From Mobula hypostoma (lineage: Eukaryota), in contig NC_086097.1 of NCBI RefSeq assembly GCF_963921235.1, positions 2,046,001-2,110,000 on the forward strand: a stretch of DNA of 64,000 nucleotides, written 5' to 3'. The translations under genes and the position numbers were made by a program. The notes under the pieces are model-generated. The model was not told where the DNA came from. It ran no database searches and worked only from the letters and a program-made list of their open reading frames with translations. Of this stretch, positions 34,232-46,724 are shown piece by piece; within the stretch, counting starts at the first letter, position 1; every line of letters begins with the position of its first letter.

Positions 34232-37200
34232 CAGGGGGATGGGAACAAGTGCAGAGAGACAGAGGGGTGTAAAATGAGGGTAGAAGCAAAAAGTAGTAAG
34301 ATGAAAAGTAAAAGTGGCAGGCCGACAAATCCAGGGCAAAAATCAAAAAGGGCCACTTTTCAACATAATTGTATAAGGGCTAAGAGTGTTGTAAAAGCGA
34401 GCCTGAAGGCTTTGTGTGTCAATGCAAGGAGCATTCGTAACAAGGTGGATGAATTGAATGTGCAGATAGTTATTAATCAATATGATATAGTTGGGATCAC
34501 AGAGACATGGCTCCAGGGTGACCAAGGATGGGAGCTCAACATTCAGGGATATTCAATATTCAGGAGGGATAGACATGAAAGAAAAGGAGGTGGGGTGGTG
34601 TTGCTGGTTAAAGAGGAGATTAACACAATAGAAAGGAAGGACATTAGCCGGGAGGATGTGGAATCGATATGAGTAGAGCTGCATAACACTAAGGGGCAGA
34701 AAACGCTGGTGGGAGTTGTGTACAGGCCACCTAACAATAGTAGTGAGGTTGGAGATGGTATTAAACAGGAAATTAGAAATGTGTGCAATAAAGGGACAGC
34801 AGTTATAATGGGTGACTTCAATCTACATATAGATTAGGTGAACCAAATTGGTAAGGGTGCTGAGGAAGAGGATTTCTTGGAATGTATGCGGGATGGTTTT
34901 TTGAACCAACATGTTGAGGAACCAACTAGAGAGCAGGTTATCCTAGACTGGGTATTGAGGAGGGGTTAGTTAGCAATCTTGTCGTGCGAGGCCCCTTGGG
35001 TAAGAGTGACCATAATATGGTGGAATTTTTCATTAAGATGGAAAGTGACATAGTTAACTCAGAAACAAAGGTTCTGAACTTAAAGAAGGATAACTTTGAA
35101 GGTATGAGACGCGAATTAGCTAAGATAGACTGGCAAATGATATTTAAAGAGTTGATGGTGGATATGAAATGGCAAGCATTTAAAGATCACATGGATGAAC
35201 TACAGCGATTGTTCATCCCAGTTTGGCAAAAGAATAAACCAGGGAAGGTAGTGCACCCGTGGCTGACAAGGGAAATTAGGGATAGTATCAATTCCAAAGA
35301 AGAAACATACAAATTAGCCAGAAAAAGTGGCACACCTGAGGACTGGGAGAAATTCAGAGTCCAGCAGAGGAGGACAAAGGGCTTAATTAGGAAAGGGAAA
35401 AAAGATTATGAGAGAAAGCTGGCAGGGAACATAAGAACTGACTGTAAAAGCTTTTATAGATGTGTGAAAAGAAAAAGATTGGTTAAGACAAATGTAGGTC
35501 CCTTACAGTCAGAAACAGGTGAATTGATCATGGGGAACAAGGACATGGCAGACCAATTGAATAACTACTTTGGTTCTATCTTCACTAAGGAGGACATAAA
35601 TAATTTTCTGGAAATAGTAGGGGACCGAGGGTCTAGAGAGATGGAGGAACTGAGTGAAATACATGTTAGTAGGGAAGTGGTGTTAGGTAAATTGAAGGGA
35701 TTAAAGGCAGATAAATTCCCAGGGCCAGATGGTCTGCATCCCAGAGTGCTTAAGGAAGTAGCCCAAGAAATAGTGGATGCACTAGTGATAATTTTTCAAA
35801 ACTCTTTAGATTCTGGATTAGTTCCTGAGGATTGGAGGGTGGCTAATGTAACATCACTTTTTAAACGAGGAGGGAGAGAGAAACCGGGGAATTATAGACT
35901 GGTTATCCTGACATCGGTGGTGGGGAAAATGCTAGAGTCAGTTATCAAAGATGTGATAACAGCACATTTGGAAAGTGGTGAAATCATCGGACAAAGTCAG
36001 CATGGATTTGTGAAAGGAAAATCATGTCTGACGAATCTCATAGAATTTTTTGAGGATGTAACTAGTAGAGTGGATAGGGGAGAACCAGTGGATGTGGTAT
36101 ATTTGGATTTTCAAAAGGCTTTTGACAAGGTCCCACACAGGAGATTAGTGTGCAAACTTAAAGCACACGGTATGGGGGTATGGTATTGATGTGGATAGAG
36201 AATTGGTTGGCAGACAGGAAGCAAAGTGTGGGAATAAACGGGACCTTTTCAGAATGGCAGGAAGTGACTAGTGGGGTACCACAAGGCTCAGTGCTGGGAC
36301 CCCAGTTGTTTACAATATATATTATTAATGACTTAGACGAGGGAATTAAATGCACCATCTCCAAGTTTGCGGATGACACGAAGCTGGGCGGCAGTGTTCG
36401 CTGTGAGGAGGATGCTAAGAGGATGCAGGGTGACTTGGATAGGTTAGGTGAGTGGGCAAATTTATGGCAGATGCAATTTAATGTGGATAAATGTGAGGTT
36501 ATCCACTTTGGTGGCAAAAACAGGAAAACAGATTATTATCTGAATGGTGGCCAATTAGGAAAAGGGGAGGTGCAACGAGACCTGGGTGTCATTATACACC
36601 AGTCATTGAAAGTGGGCATGCAGGTACAGCAGGCGGTGAAAAAGGCGAATGGTATGCTGGCATTTATAGCGAGAGGATTTGAGTACCGGAGCAGGGAGGT
36701 ACTACTGCAGTTGTACAAGGCCTTGGTGAGACCACACCTGGAGTATTGTGTGCAGTTTTGGTCCCCTAATCTGAGGAAAGACATTCTTGCCATAGAGGGA
36801 TACAAAGAAGTTTCACCAGATTGATTCCTTGGATGGCAGGACTTCCATATGATTAAAGACTGGATCGATTAGGCTTATACTCTCTGGAATTTAGAAGATT
36901 GAGAGGGGATCTTATTGAAACATATAAAATTCTGAAGGGATTGGACAGGCTAGATGCAGGAAGATTGTTCCCAATGTTGGGGAAGTCCAGAACGAGGGGT
37001 CCCAGTTTGAGGATAAAGGGGAACCTTTTAGGACCGAGATGAGGAAAAACTTCTTCACGCAGAGAGTGGTGAATCTGTGGAATTCTCTGCCACATGAAAC
37101 AGTTGAGGCCAGTTTATTGGCTATATTTAAGAGGGAGTTAGATTTGGCCCTTGTGGCTAAAGGGATCGGGGGTAGGGAGAGAAGGCAGGTACAGGGTTCT

Positions 37201-37302
37201 GAGTTGGATGGTCAGCCATGATCATACTGAATGGCTGTGCAGGATCGAAGGGCCGAATGGCCTACTCCTGCACTTATTTTCTATGTTTCTATGTTTCTAT
37301 GT
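34232..37302 (+). mobile_element. CR1 LINE, young copy D (ORF2, disrupted)
   Basis: APE and RT (FADD) across ORFs 34274, 34984 and 36180; (tttctatg)3 tail. Confidence 0.97.
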
Positions 37303-37874
37303 TTACAGGAAGAAACCACAAGTGTTACTTCTGTATCTGTTTCATGTTAGCATCTAAACGAGCGATTTATTGCAACACTCTCAGTCCATCTGTGCTAAAG
37401 GAGGTGGATAATTGCTATGACAAGGATCTCACTTAAAATGTTACTGTTCTGCTGCATAACAAACAAACAGGTTTAGTAAAGTATCCAATAGTTACAAAAT
37501 CATTAAATGTGAGTTAATAAAGTAAATGTTCTATCTGGTATAATAAGCCGTTTCTCAGGTGTATATCCTGTTAATACAGATCTGATATTGGACTTGACGC
37601 AAAAGGAAATAATGTTATTTTTGAAGCCATATGGATACGTTTCCATTTCCTTTGTGTTTTATATATTTATCAACATGGGAAAAAGATATCTGATTAAAAT
37701 AACACGTACCTGAATGCAAACTAAACTGCCCTTCACAAAAAAAAGCTCTGTTAGTTCAAATAAACTGAACCTTGACTACAAAAATTAATAATTTAATATT
37801 GAAAGAGACAATTTCATAAAACTGATAACAGCTCCTTCCATCATGGATTTCTGAACAGATAGCAAAAAAACACC

Positions 37875-38857
37875 TCGCCAGTGTTATCAGACTTCTGAAC
37901 AGACAGCAAACTCTCCCCACTATTACCACATTTCTGAACAGACAATGAACTCTCCCCACTGTTACCAGATTTCTGAATGGACAGTTAACCCCTCCCCACT
38001 GTTATCAGATTTCTGAATGGACAGTTAACCCCTCCCCACTGTTATCAGATTTCTGAATGGACAGTTAACCCCTCCCCACTGTTATCAGATTTCTAAATGG
38101 ACAGTTAACCCCTCCCCACTGTTCTCAGATTTCTGAATGGACAATTAACCCCTCCCCACTGTTACCAGATTTCTGAATGGACAGTTAACCCCTCCCCACT
38201 GTTATCAGATTTCTGAATGGACAGTTAACCCCTCCCCACTGTTATCAGATTTCTGAATGGACAGTTAACCCCTCCCCACTGTTATCAGATTTCTAAATGG
38301 ACAGTTAACCCCTCCCCACTGTTATCAGATTTCTGAATGGACAATTAACCCCTCCCCACTGTTACCAGATTTCTGAATGGACAGTTAACCCCTCCCCACT
38401 GTTATCAGATTTCTGAATGGACAGTTAACCCCTCCCCACTGTTATCAGATTTCTGAATGGACAGTTAACCCCTCCCCACTGTTACCAGATTTCTGAATGG
38501 ACAGTTAACCCCTCCCCAATGTTATCAGATTGTGAATGGACAGTTAACTCCTCCCCACTGTTACCAGATTTCTGAATGGACAGTTAACCCCTCCCCACTG
38601 TTATCAGATTTCTGAATGGACAGTTAACCCCTCCCCACTGTTACCAGATTTCTGAATGGACAGTTAACCCCTCCCCACTGTTACCAGATTTCTGAATGGA
38701 CAGTTAACCCCTCCCCACTGTTATCAGATTTCTGAATGGACAGTTAACCCCTCCCCACTGTTACCAGATTTCTGAATGGACAGTTAACCCCTCCCCACTG
38801 TTACCAGATTTCTGAATGGACAGTTAACCCCTCCCCACTGTTATCAGATTTCTGAAG
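37875..38857. repeat. 40-bp minisatellite, about 22 near-perfect copies plus 2 diverged
   Basis: gttatcagatttctgaatggacagttaacccctccccact repeated from 37961. Confidence 0.97.
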
Positions 38858-38859
38858 CA

Positions 38860-39430
38860 CTGAAACAAGCAATCGTATCCCCACCATGCTGGTCCTCCTG
38901 TCTTTACCAAACACAAGCCCAATGTGGATTGTTGGTTGGTGTATTTCACTGTTGCAAATGTCATTATTCCCACTGCAGTTATCTGTACTCCAGTATAAGT
39001 TCTTGGTTGGATATTTGCAGGCTTCACTTCAGTATCTTTGAAAACTCATTTTGTGGAATGACTGAAACAGCCAAGCCAATGTCCAATTGCTTTTTAATTA
39101 ATTTGCTGTTCGCTTCTAGTGTGAACCATATTGCTGGTCTGCTGTTAGTTTGCACATTATAAATCTCGAGCCTACCCATCCCTGTCACTCCCAGCATCTT
39201 CAGATTTTTCATCAACAGCGTGTAGGTTGTTACTCTTCTGAAACTGAAGCTTGACTCTTTAGCTTTTACTCTTCCCTCTGTAGTCCAGTTAATTTTGTTT
39301 GCCTGACATGCTCTTAGTATGTGTTCTTTTTTTAGCATTTTCTGCAAGTTTCACATTAAACCTACATTGGTTTGCTGTACATGAGCCCCTAGCACAAGAG
39401 CAACATGATTAGTGTGGCCAGTTAGGTTTC
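38860..39430 (-). mobile_element. Gypsy-type gag/protease remnant
   Basis: Degenerate CCHC (CRKC..HILRAC), protease-like QLDIGLAVSVIP (from LDTG), then RTYTG..LVKTGGP. Confidence 0.65.
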
Positions 39431-39939
39431 TATTTAGACCAGGATGCCCCTCTGGGGTCAAACATCCCCTCAGTTAATGGTCAGCCCTGGCATAAAAAAA
39501 CTTCGGGAACCTCCAGTTTAGACATTATAATTTTGTTCACACTCACTTTCATTCCTGACTACAACTCACTGTGCTTCGGTTAGGAGCCGCTTGTAAATAC
39601 TTTCTTGTAAGATTCCACAATCTAAAGGATCTCACTGTGCATTAACAAGCCCACCACTGAACTCACAATGATTGGACATTGTCTTCAATTCAGCCACATA
39701 AGCTGAAATGGGGCCCCCTTCCTTTACATTCCACTTATGAAACCTAAAGCATTGTGCAGTCAACAATGGTTTCAGAAAACCACACAGACCAGAAAATAAG
39801 GAGCAGAATCACAACATTTGGTCCATCAAGTTTTCTCCATCATTTCATTTTGGCTGATCCACTTTCCCTCCCAACCCCACTCTCCTGCCTTGTCTCCATA
39901 ATTTTTTTGTTTTTTTTCCCTCTCTTACTGTATCATTTA

Positions 39940-41971
39940 AACGGCTGCGGTGTGCTGTTTGTGCCAGATATTGGAGAACTGGGAGATCCAGAGTCTGCCG
40001 GAGAACTACGTCTGCGTGAAGTGCATCCAGCTACAGCTCCTTGAAGACCGTGTTAGGGATCTGGAGCAGCAGCTGGATGACCTTTGGCTTGTAGGGGAGA
40101 ATGAGGAGATCATTGATCAAAGTTACAAGGAAGCAGTCACCTCAAAGTTGCAGGAGGTGAGTAGCTGGGTGACTGTCAGGAGAAATGGAAATAGGCAGAG
40201 CAGAGCACCCCTCTGGCCATTCCCTTCAAAAACAAGTATACCACTTTGGATACTTTTGTGGGGGATGACCTCCCAGGAGAATGCTTTGGGTCCGGGTTTT
40301 ATAGGCATTGGGCATGGGTCCATGGTGCAGAAGGGAAAGAGAGAGAAGAAGGGAGTGGTGGTGATAGGAGACTCAATAGTGAAGGGAACAGACAGGAGAT
40401 TCTGTGGACGTGAACGGAACACCCGGATGGAATGTTGCCTCCCAGGTGCCAGGGTCAGGGATGTCTCAGATCATATCCACAACATTTTGGAGAGGGAGGG
40501 AGAGCAGCCGGATGTCTTGGTACATATTGGTACCAATGACATAGGAAGGAAAAGTAATGAGGTCCTGAAAAGAGAATTTAGAGAGCTAGGTAGAAAGGTG
40601 AGAAGCAGGGCCTCCCGGGTAGTAATTTCTGGATTGCTGCCTGTGCCATGTGCCAGTGAGGGTAGAAACAGGGTGACTTGGCAGATAAAGGAGCTTAGGA
40701 GGAGACAATGGCAACTAACAGTGAGTCCTTTGCTTGCATCCTCGGAAACAGCTCTACTTCCATCTTCAATACCTCTATTTTTCCCTTTCAGGTTTCTGTT
40801 GAAGACCCTGACTTTGGTTCTTTGCAGAAATGGGACCCACTCTCGGGGTTTCACGACTGGCTGTTATTCGATATGCCAAGGATGCGGCCAAAGAGATTAG
40901 CTCGTCTTCGGAGTTCCGGGATCTCGTGGCTGAGACGGGCAGACCGAGGGTCAGTGTCCCGGCAGGAAATCGGTGTGTCGTAGGAGACGGAAGATCTCTG
41001 GCTGTGTGCCCAGAGACCCGAGATCTTTGGGCACAGAGCTCGGAAGAAGTGACGCAACCGTCTTTTAACATCGTACACCAGCGAGTTGTTTGTTATGTCT
41101 CCCCTCTCGCTGTGAAACAGAGACACCTCTTTCTCCCTTATTAGGGAGAGAGAGAGCCAGTGGTATGTCAAATAGTCTTTGGGGTACTGCAAGTCTGTGT
41201 CTTTGCTGCTGCTTTGCTGCACACTTGAGTGCTCGGTGGAGGTGCCGATGCTTTTTTTTGCTGGTGGGGGAGGGGGGATTGTTGCTTTGCTGCTGCTCAC
41301 GCATGGGGGGGAGCTGGGGGGGCTTTGGGGTTCTAAAATTTAACTGTGTCATTCTTTGGGGGCACTCCTCTGTTTTTGTGGATGGTTGCAAAAAAAAACA
41401 TTTCAGGATGTATACTGAATACATTTCTCTGACATTAAATGTACCTTTGAAATCTTTGAAATGCGTGGCTGAGAAGCTGGTACGGGGACAGGGCTTCAGG
41501 TTCTTGGATCACTGGGATCTCTTCTGGGGGAGGTATGACCTGTTCAAAAGTGACGGGTTGCACCTGAACCCGAGGGGGAGACCAACATTCTCCTGGGCAG
41601 GTTTGTTAGAGCTATTGGGGAGGGATCAAACTAATTTGGCAGAGGGGTGAGAACCGGAGTGAAGGAACTCAGGATAGGACAGATGGTAAAAATGTAAAGA
41701 TAGCGTGCAGTCAGACTGTCAGGAAGTGTAGGCAGCTGATGGGACTTAGTTACAGCCAACAGGCTGAGTATCAAAACATTAGGGATGCAGAATCAGGAAG
41801 GACAGCAAATTTACTCAAGGTGTTGTATCTAAATGCGTGTAGTGTAAGAAATAAGGTGGATGATCTTGTTGCAATATTCCAGATTGCTAGGTATGATGTT
41901 GTGGCCATCACTGAATCGTGGCTGAAGGATGGTTGTAGTTGGGAGCTGAATGTCCAAGGTTACACGTTATA
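39940..41971 (+). mobile_element. CR1 ORF1 (zinc finger, leucine zipper, SGNH esterase) plus ORF2 start
   Basis: CCLC..YVCVKCIQLQLLEDRVRDLEQQL; VIGDSIV, LPGA, HIGTND, DGLHLN; interrupted at 40688-41459. Confidence 0.9.
40688..41459 (+). mobile_element. Non-coding retroposed insertion (putative non-autonomous Rex1 partner)
   Basis: Splits CR1 tggcagata|aatgcgtgg; CpG-rich body; ends attaaatgtacctttgaaatctttgaa. Confidence 0.65.
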
Positions 41972-41974
41972 TCA

Positions 41975-43830
41975 GAGTCAAGTCAAGTCAAGTCAAGTCA
42001 AATTTATTTATAAAGCACATTTAAAAACAACCCATGTTGACCAAAGTGCTGTACAAACCATAACAGATAGCTAAAATCACAAATACGAGAAACACAGACA
42101 TAACCAACAAGGCAAACAGCTTATAGGCACAAAATAAACAACACAGGGGCCTAGGCACAAGCCAAAAATCAGCCAGATCAGGGGGTTTCAAATGCTAGTG
42201 AATAAAGGTAAGTTTTGAGCCTGGATTTAAAAGAGTTGATGGAGGGGGCAGATCTGATAGGGAGGGGAATGCTGTTCCACAGTCTAGGGGCTACAATAGC
42301 AAAGCGCGGTCACCCCTGAGCTTAAATTCAGATCGCGGGACAGTCAGGAGCTCCAAGTCAGCCGAGCTGAGGGACCTGGAAGTGGAATAAGGGGTTAGAA
42401 GGTCTGTGATATAGGAGGGGACCAGCCCATTTAGGGGTTTATAAACATACAGGAGAACCTTAAAATCAATTCTGAACCACACTGGCAGCCAGTGGAGGGA
42501 GGCCAGGATAGCAGTAATATGGTCCCTCTTCCGGGCACCTGTCAGGAGCCTGGCTGCGGCGTTCTGGACCAGTTGCAGATGGGACAGGGACGACTGACTA
42601 ATCCCAGTATACAGGGAGTTGGAGTAGTCCAAGCGGGAGGATATAAGGGCATGGATGACTTTCTCGAGATCTTTGAAAGAGAGAAACGACTTGATTTGGG
42701 CAATAGTATGAAGCTGGAAAAAACTGGCTTTTACTACTGCATTAACTTTATACTTTATACTTTATTGTCGCCAAGCAATTGGTACTAGAACGTACAATCA
42801 TCACAGCGATATTTGATTCTGCACTTCCCACTCCCTGGATTACAAATATTAAATATTTAAAATAGTAAAAATTAGTAAATATTAAAAATTTAAATTATAA
42901 ATCATAAATAGAAAATAGAAAAATGGAAAGTAAGTTAATGCAAAAAAACCGAGAGGCAGGTCCGGATATTTGGAGGCTACGGCCCAGATCCGGGTCAGGA
43001 TCCGTTCAGCGGTCTTATCACTGTTGGAAAGAAGCTGTTCCCAAATCTGGCCATACGAGTCTTGTCAAACTTAAAGGCGGAATCAAATATCACACCAAGG
43101 TTTTTGACATGGGGTTTGATAAGGGTGGACAAGTTACCAAGACTGTTGGTAATCACTTTGATAGAGTCGGGGGGGGGGGGGCCAAATAGGACAACTTCAG
43201 TCTTGCCTTCATTCAGCTGTAAGAAGTTTTGTGCCATCCAACACTTTATGTCCTCAAGGCAGTTCATGAGGCTGACTAGATTTGACTGGTCATTTGGTTT
43301 CAAGGGGAGATAAAGCTGTGTGTTGTCTGCATAACAATGGAAGGAAATGTCATGTTTTTGATTGATTTGACTGGGGGGAAGCATGTATATAGAGAAAAGA
43401 ATGGACCTGGGATGGAACCTTGTGGGACCCCACGGGAGAGACACGCTGGGGGAGAGGAAAATTTGCCTATGTTGATGGAGAAGCTTCTATTTTTGAGGTA
43501 GGATGTGAACCAGTTCAAGGCAGTGCCATCAACACCAACCCCATACTGGAGACGGTCTAGTAAAATGGCGTGATCCACAGTATTGAATGCTGCGCTGAGG
43601 TCAAGAAGAATTAGGATGGCAGAGTCACCTGAGTCGGTAGAGAGCCGCAGGTCATTGTACATATTCAGCAGGGCAGACTCTGTGCTATGATAAACCTTAA
43701 AACCTGACTGAAATCTTTCCAAGATGTTGTTTTGGTGTAGGTAGGGAAGCAATTGACAAAGAATAAACTTTCCGAGAACCTTTAACAGGAATGGAAGTTT
43801 AGAAATAGGTCTGTAGTTACTAGCTAAGGG
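41975..43830 (-). mobile_element. L2 LINE (RT and 3' end)
   Basis: NYRPISKLPFL, FQSGF..HSTESAL, LLDLSAAF, GVPQGSI, FHCYADNTQLY, LQLVQNAAARLL, LHWLPV; (cttga)n tail at 41975-42002. Confidence 0.93.
42745..43062 (-). mobile_element. Rex1-type 3' end inserted in L2
   Basis: RFGNSFFPTVIRPLNG; (ataaagt)n tail; a near-identical copy lies at 57950-58180. Confidence 0.75.
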
Positions 43831-43914
43831 ATAGGGAGGTAGGTAGAGGGGGAGGTTGTCACGATTCCAACCGTTAATTCCCCATTTTCTCCTAATTCCC
43901 TTTGATGACGACAC

Positions 43915-44100
43915 ACCTGGTATTCAGTGTGTAAAGCAGAGGTTGATAGGATCTTGATTTGTTAAGGTGTCAAAGGTGACAGGGAGAAGGCAGGAGAATG
44001 TGGTTGAGAGGGATAATGAATCAGCCATGATGGAACGGCAGAGCAGATTTGATGGGCTGAATGGCCTAATTCTGCTCCTATGTCTTATGGCCTTATGTCT
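43915..44100 (+). mobile_element. CR1 3' tail
   Basis: tcagccatgatggaa..gggctgaatggcctaattctgctcctatgtcttatg. Confidence 0.8.
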
Positions 44101-44309
44101 CTACATAATCATTTTATCAGAAGTTTTATAAACACGTGATGGAGAAAGGAGTTGAAATTTATCTTGAAGGCATTAGATGGAAATGTGTAGAGGTGAATGA
44201 GAAGGCAAAGACATTGGTTGCTTTCAGAGGTATTTCCTATATCAGAGTTACATCAATTACTTTGACTGCCACCTGCTTCATTGTGATTCTGCCTAATGGC
44301 GTGAATACA

Positions 44310-44830
44310 GAGTTCAAAGGTTCAAATGTTCATTTTGTTGTCAAAGTCTGCATGTACAATCAAACTCTGATACTTGTCTTCTCCAGCTAGCCATAAAATA
44401 CAGAAAGACCATGGTTGTTGATGAAAGGAAAGACATCAAATCCACACACCCTCCCCCGTCCCACGGCATGTAAAAGAAAAGAAACAAAAGTCGCAGATCC
44501 CAAAATCCACCCCACACAGAAAGAAACAGTGACAATAACAATCCCCGGCCCCTTCATTCGCAGAAAAAACAATGACAATAACAGTCCCCAACCCTGTCAT
44601 TCTCAGAAAAAAAACTGTGACATTAACAATCCCTGACCCCTCACTCACAGAAAAGAACGGTGACAGTGGCAACAAAACTCCCAACCTCCCCTTTCACACA
44701 CAAAAAAATTAACGGATCACCCACCCACCAATCAGCCAGAAGAAAGACAACACCAAGAAACTGAAGGAAACCAATATAAAGTACAGTCCAATAGTCACAT
44801 CAGTCTCAGAATATTGGAACCATCTTTTCA
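44310..44830 (-). mobile_element. Non-coding Rex1-tailed element with internal sub-repeats
   Basis: gttcaaaggttcaaa tail as at 4457 and 57286; repeated cagaaa..gtgacaataaca motifs. Confidence 0.45.
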
Positions 44831-44839
44831 CCTGCGTAC

Positions 44840-45010
44840 ATTTAAAGACCAGCGAATCCTGTGAGTGTGGCGAAAGGGTACAGAACATTGAACACGTCAT
44901 GCACAACTGCCCACTCTCACCTGATCTAGCTGACACTGACCTGCTCAACATCAACCAAACAACACTAGGGTGGCTGGCTGTCTGGTGTGACAAGCTATGA
45001 TGATGATGAT
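44840..45010 (+). mobile_element. Vingi/Ingi-like LINE extreme 3' end
   Basis: CECGERVQNIEHVMHNCP C-terminal zinc knuckle, stop running into a (tga)n tail; perfect TSD ctgcgtac 44832-44839 / 45011-45018. Confidence 0.75.
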
Positions 45011-45044
45011 CTGCGTACGAGGAGAGCGGCCATGTGAACGAATT

Positions 45045-45430
45045 CTCTAACTCTCAGTAATTTATCCCCCTCGTCCTTCCCTCCCCTACCATTCTCATTC
45101 TGGTGAATGCCCGCTCACCTCTCTTCCTTCTCTTTCTCCCGTGGTGACTCTCCTCTCCTGTCAGATTCCTTCCTTTCCAGCCCTTTAACTTCATCCGCAT
45201 TCCAGCATCTTACCTCATCCCCACCCCCACCCAGCTGGCTTCACCTATCATTTTCCAGCTTGTTCTCCTTCCCCTTCCCCCTAACTTCCTAACTTCTTGT
45301 TCTAGTTCTCCCCCACCCTGTTCCTTTCCAGTCCTGATGAGGGGTCTCAACCTGAAACATTGTCTGTTTTTTCATTTCCATAGATGCTGCCTGACCTGCT
45401 GAGTTCCTCCAGCATTTGTGTATGTTGCTG
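45045..45430 (+). mobile_element. Penelope pLTR with hammerhead remnant
   Basis: Pyrimidine-rich pLTR; cagtc-CTGATGA(45334-45340)-ggggtctcaacct-GAAAC-att-gtctg; same 3' end as 30441-30537. Confidence 0.8.
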
Positions 45431-45899
45431 AGTGAGAGATTTTATTTCCAGGTGCTCTGGTTTCCTTCCACAGTTAATAGGTTAATTGGTCATTGCAAGT
45501 TGTCCTGTGATTAGGTTGGGGTTAAATTGTTGGGATGCTGGGCAGTCTGGCCCAGTGGGCAGGAAGGGGCTGTATCTCGACATAAAATAAATAAATTATA
45601 GAGAGAAGCTGTTGATGGGGATGCAAACAGAGACTTTTGCGAGCATTCGCTTTAATTTCCTGCTCTCTGTTGACGATAATAGATCGCAGGCTGCACTCCA
45701 AACGTCTGCTGATCCCTTGTCCATTCTCTTCACATGACTGCATGAGCGAAGTTACTTGTTTCGTAAGGGAGCAGCTGCGTAACCAGGTGTAGGTTCATTC
45801 ACTGACCAACAGCACGTGTAATCTCAAGAGTATTGACATGTAATACGTATCACAGTTCTAAATTACTATCATTCTACAGGGGTTAGTTTTCGTCACCAC

Positions 45900-46262
45900 C
45901 CCTTTGGTCAAGAAAGCACGGCAGCGTCTCCACTTCCTCAGGAGATTGAGGAGAGTGAGGCTCCATATCCACACACCTAACCAATTTTCACAGGAGTACT
46001 ATTGAGAGTGTCCTGACCTGCAGCATCTCTGTCTGGTAAAGGAATTGAAAGGAATCTGACTGCGTCCCTGCAAAGGATTGCGAGGGCTGTGACAGAATAC
46101 AACCATCTGAGACATTTAACAGGAGCCCTGTGTACGCGGGGCCTTTAGTATTGTCAAGAATCCCTACCGCCCATCCAATAACCTCCTTGAGCCCCGACCA
46201 TCAGTCAGGAGGTAACATAGCGTTAGGACCACAATGGTTCAGATGGAAAGCAGCTGCTTCCC
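45900..46262 (+). mobile_element. Rex1-type ORF C-terminal fragment
   Basis: LVKKARQRLHFLRRLRR..LTNF.RSTIESVLT. Confidence 0.75.
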
Positions 46263-46643
46263 CTACCGAAACCCCGAACACCACCCGGGTCTCACCGAAA
46301 CCCCGAACACCACCCAGGTCTCACCGAAACCCCGAACACCACCCGGGTCTCACCGAAACCCCGAACACCACCCGGGTCTCACCGAAACCCCGAACACCAC
46401 CCGGGTCTCACCGAAACCCCGAACACCACCCGGGTCTCACCGAAACCCCGAACGCCACCCGGGTCTCACCGAAACCCCGAACGCCACCCGGGTCTCACCG
46501 AAACCCCTAACATCACCCGGGTCTCACCGAAACCCCGAACGCCACCCGGGTCTCACCGAAACCCCTAACACCACCCGGGTCTCACTGAAACCCCGAACAC
46601 CACCCGGGTCTCACCGAAACCCCTAACACCACCCGGGTCTCAC
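46262..46643. repeat. 29-bp GC/CpG-rich minisatellite, about 13 copies
   Basis: ctcaccgaaaccccgaacaccacccgggt repeated. Confidence 0.97.
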
Positions 46644-46724
46644 CAGCTGTGAAGTACCAGTACTGTTTACTTTTTAACTTGTGTGGTAAATGCACCTTAT
46701 TATTTGTTGATTTATTTGTGATAA

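Noticed and set aside
37875..38857. CRISPR-like regular array (also 46262-46643 and 21065-21635)
   Set aside because: Head-to-tail units with no unique spacers and no cas genes, in a vertebrate-type context; these are minisatellites.
39440..39520. Short hAT-like MITE
   Set aside because: Too degenerate to define inverted repeats or a TSD.
39950..40900. 316-aa ORF as a domesticated esterase gene
   Set aside because: Frameshift-scrambled CR1 ORF1 that runs into an insertion before the catalytic DxxH segment.
46130..46626. Pro/Thr-rich repetitive ORFs
   Set aside because: Translation of a 29-bp minisatellite that has few stop codons.
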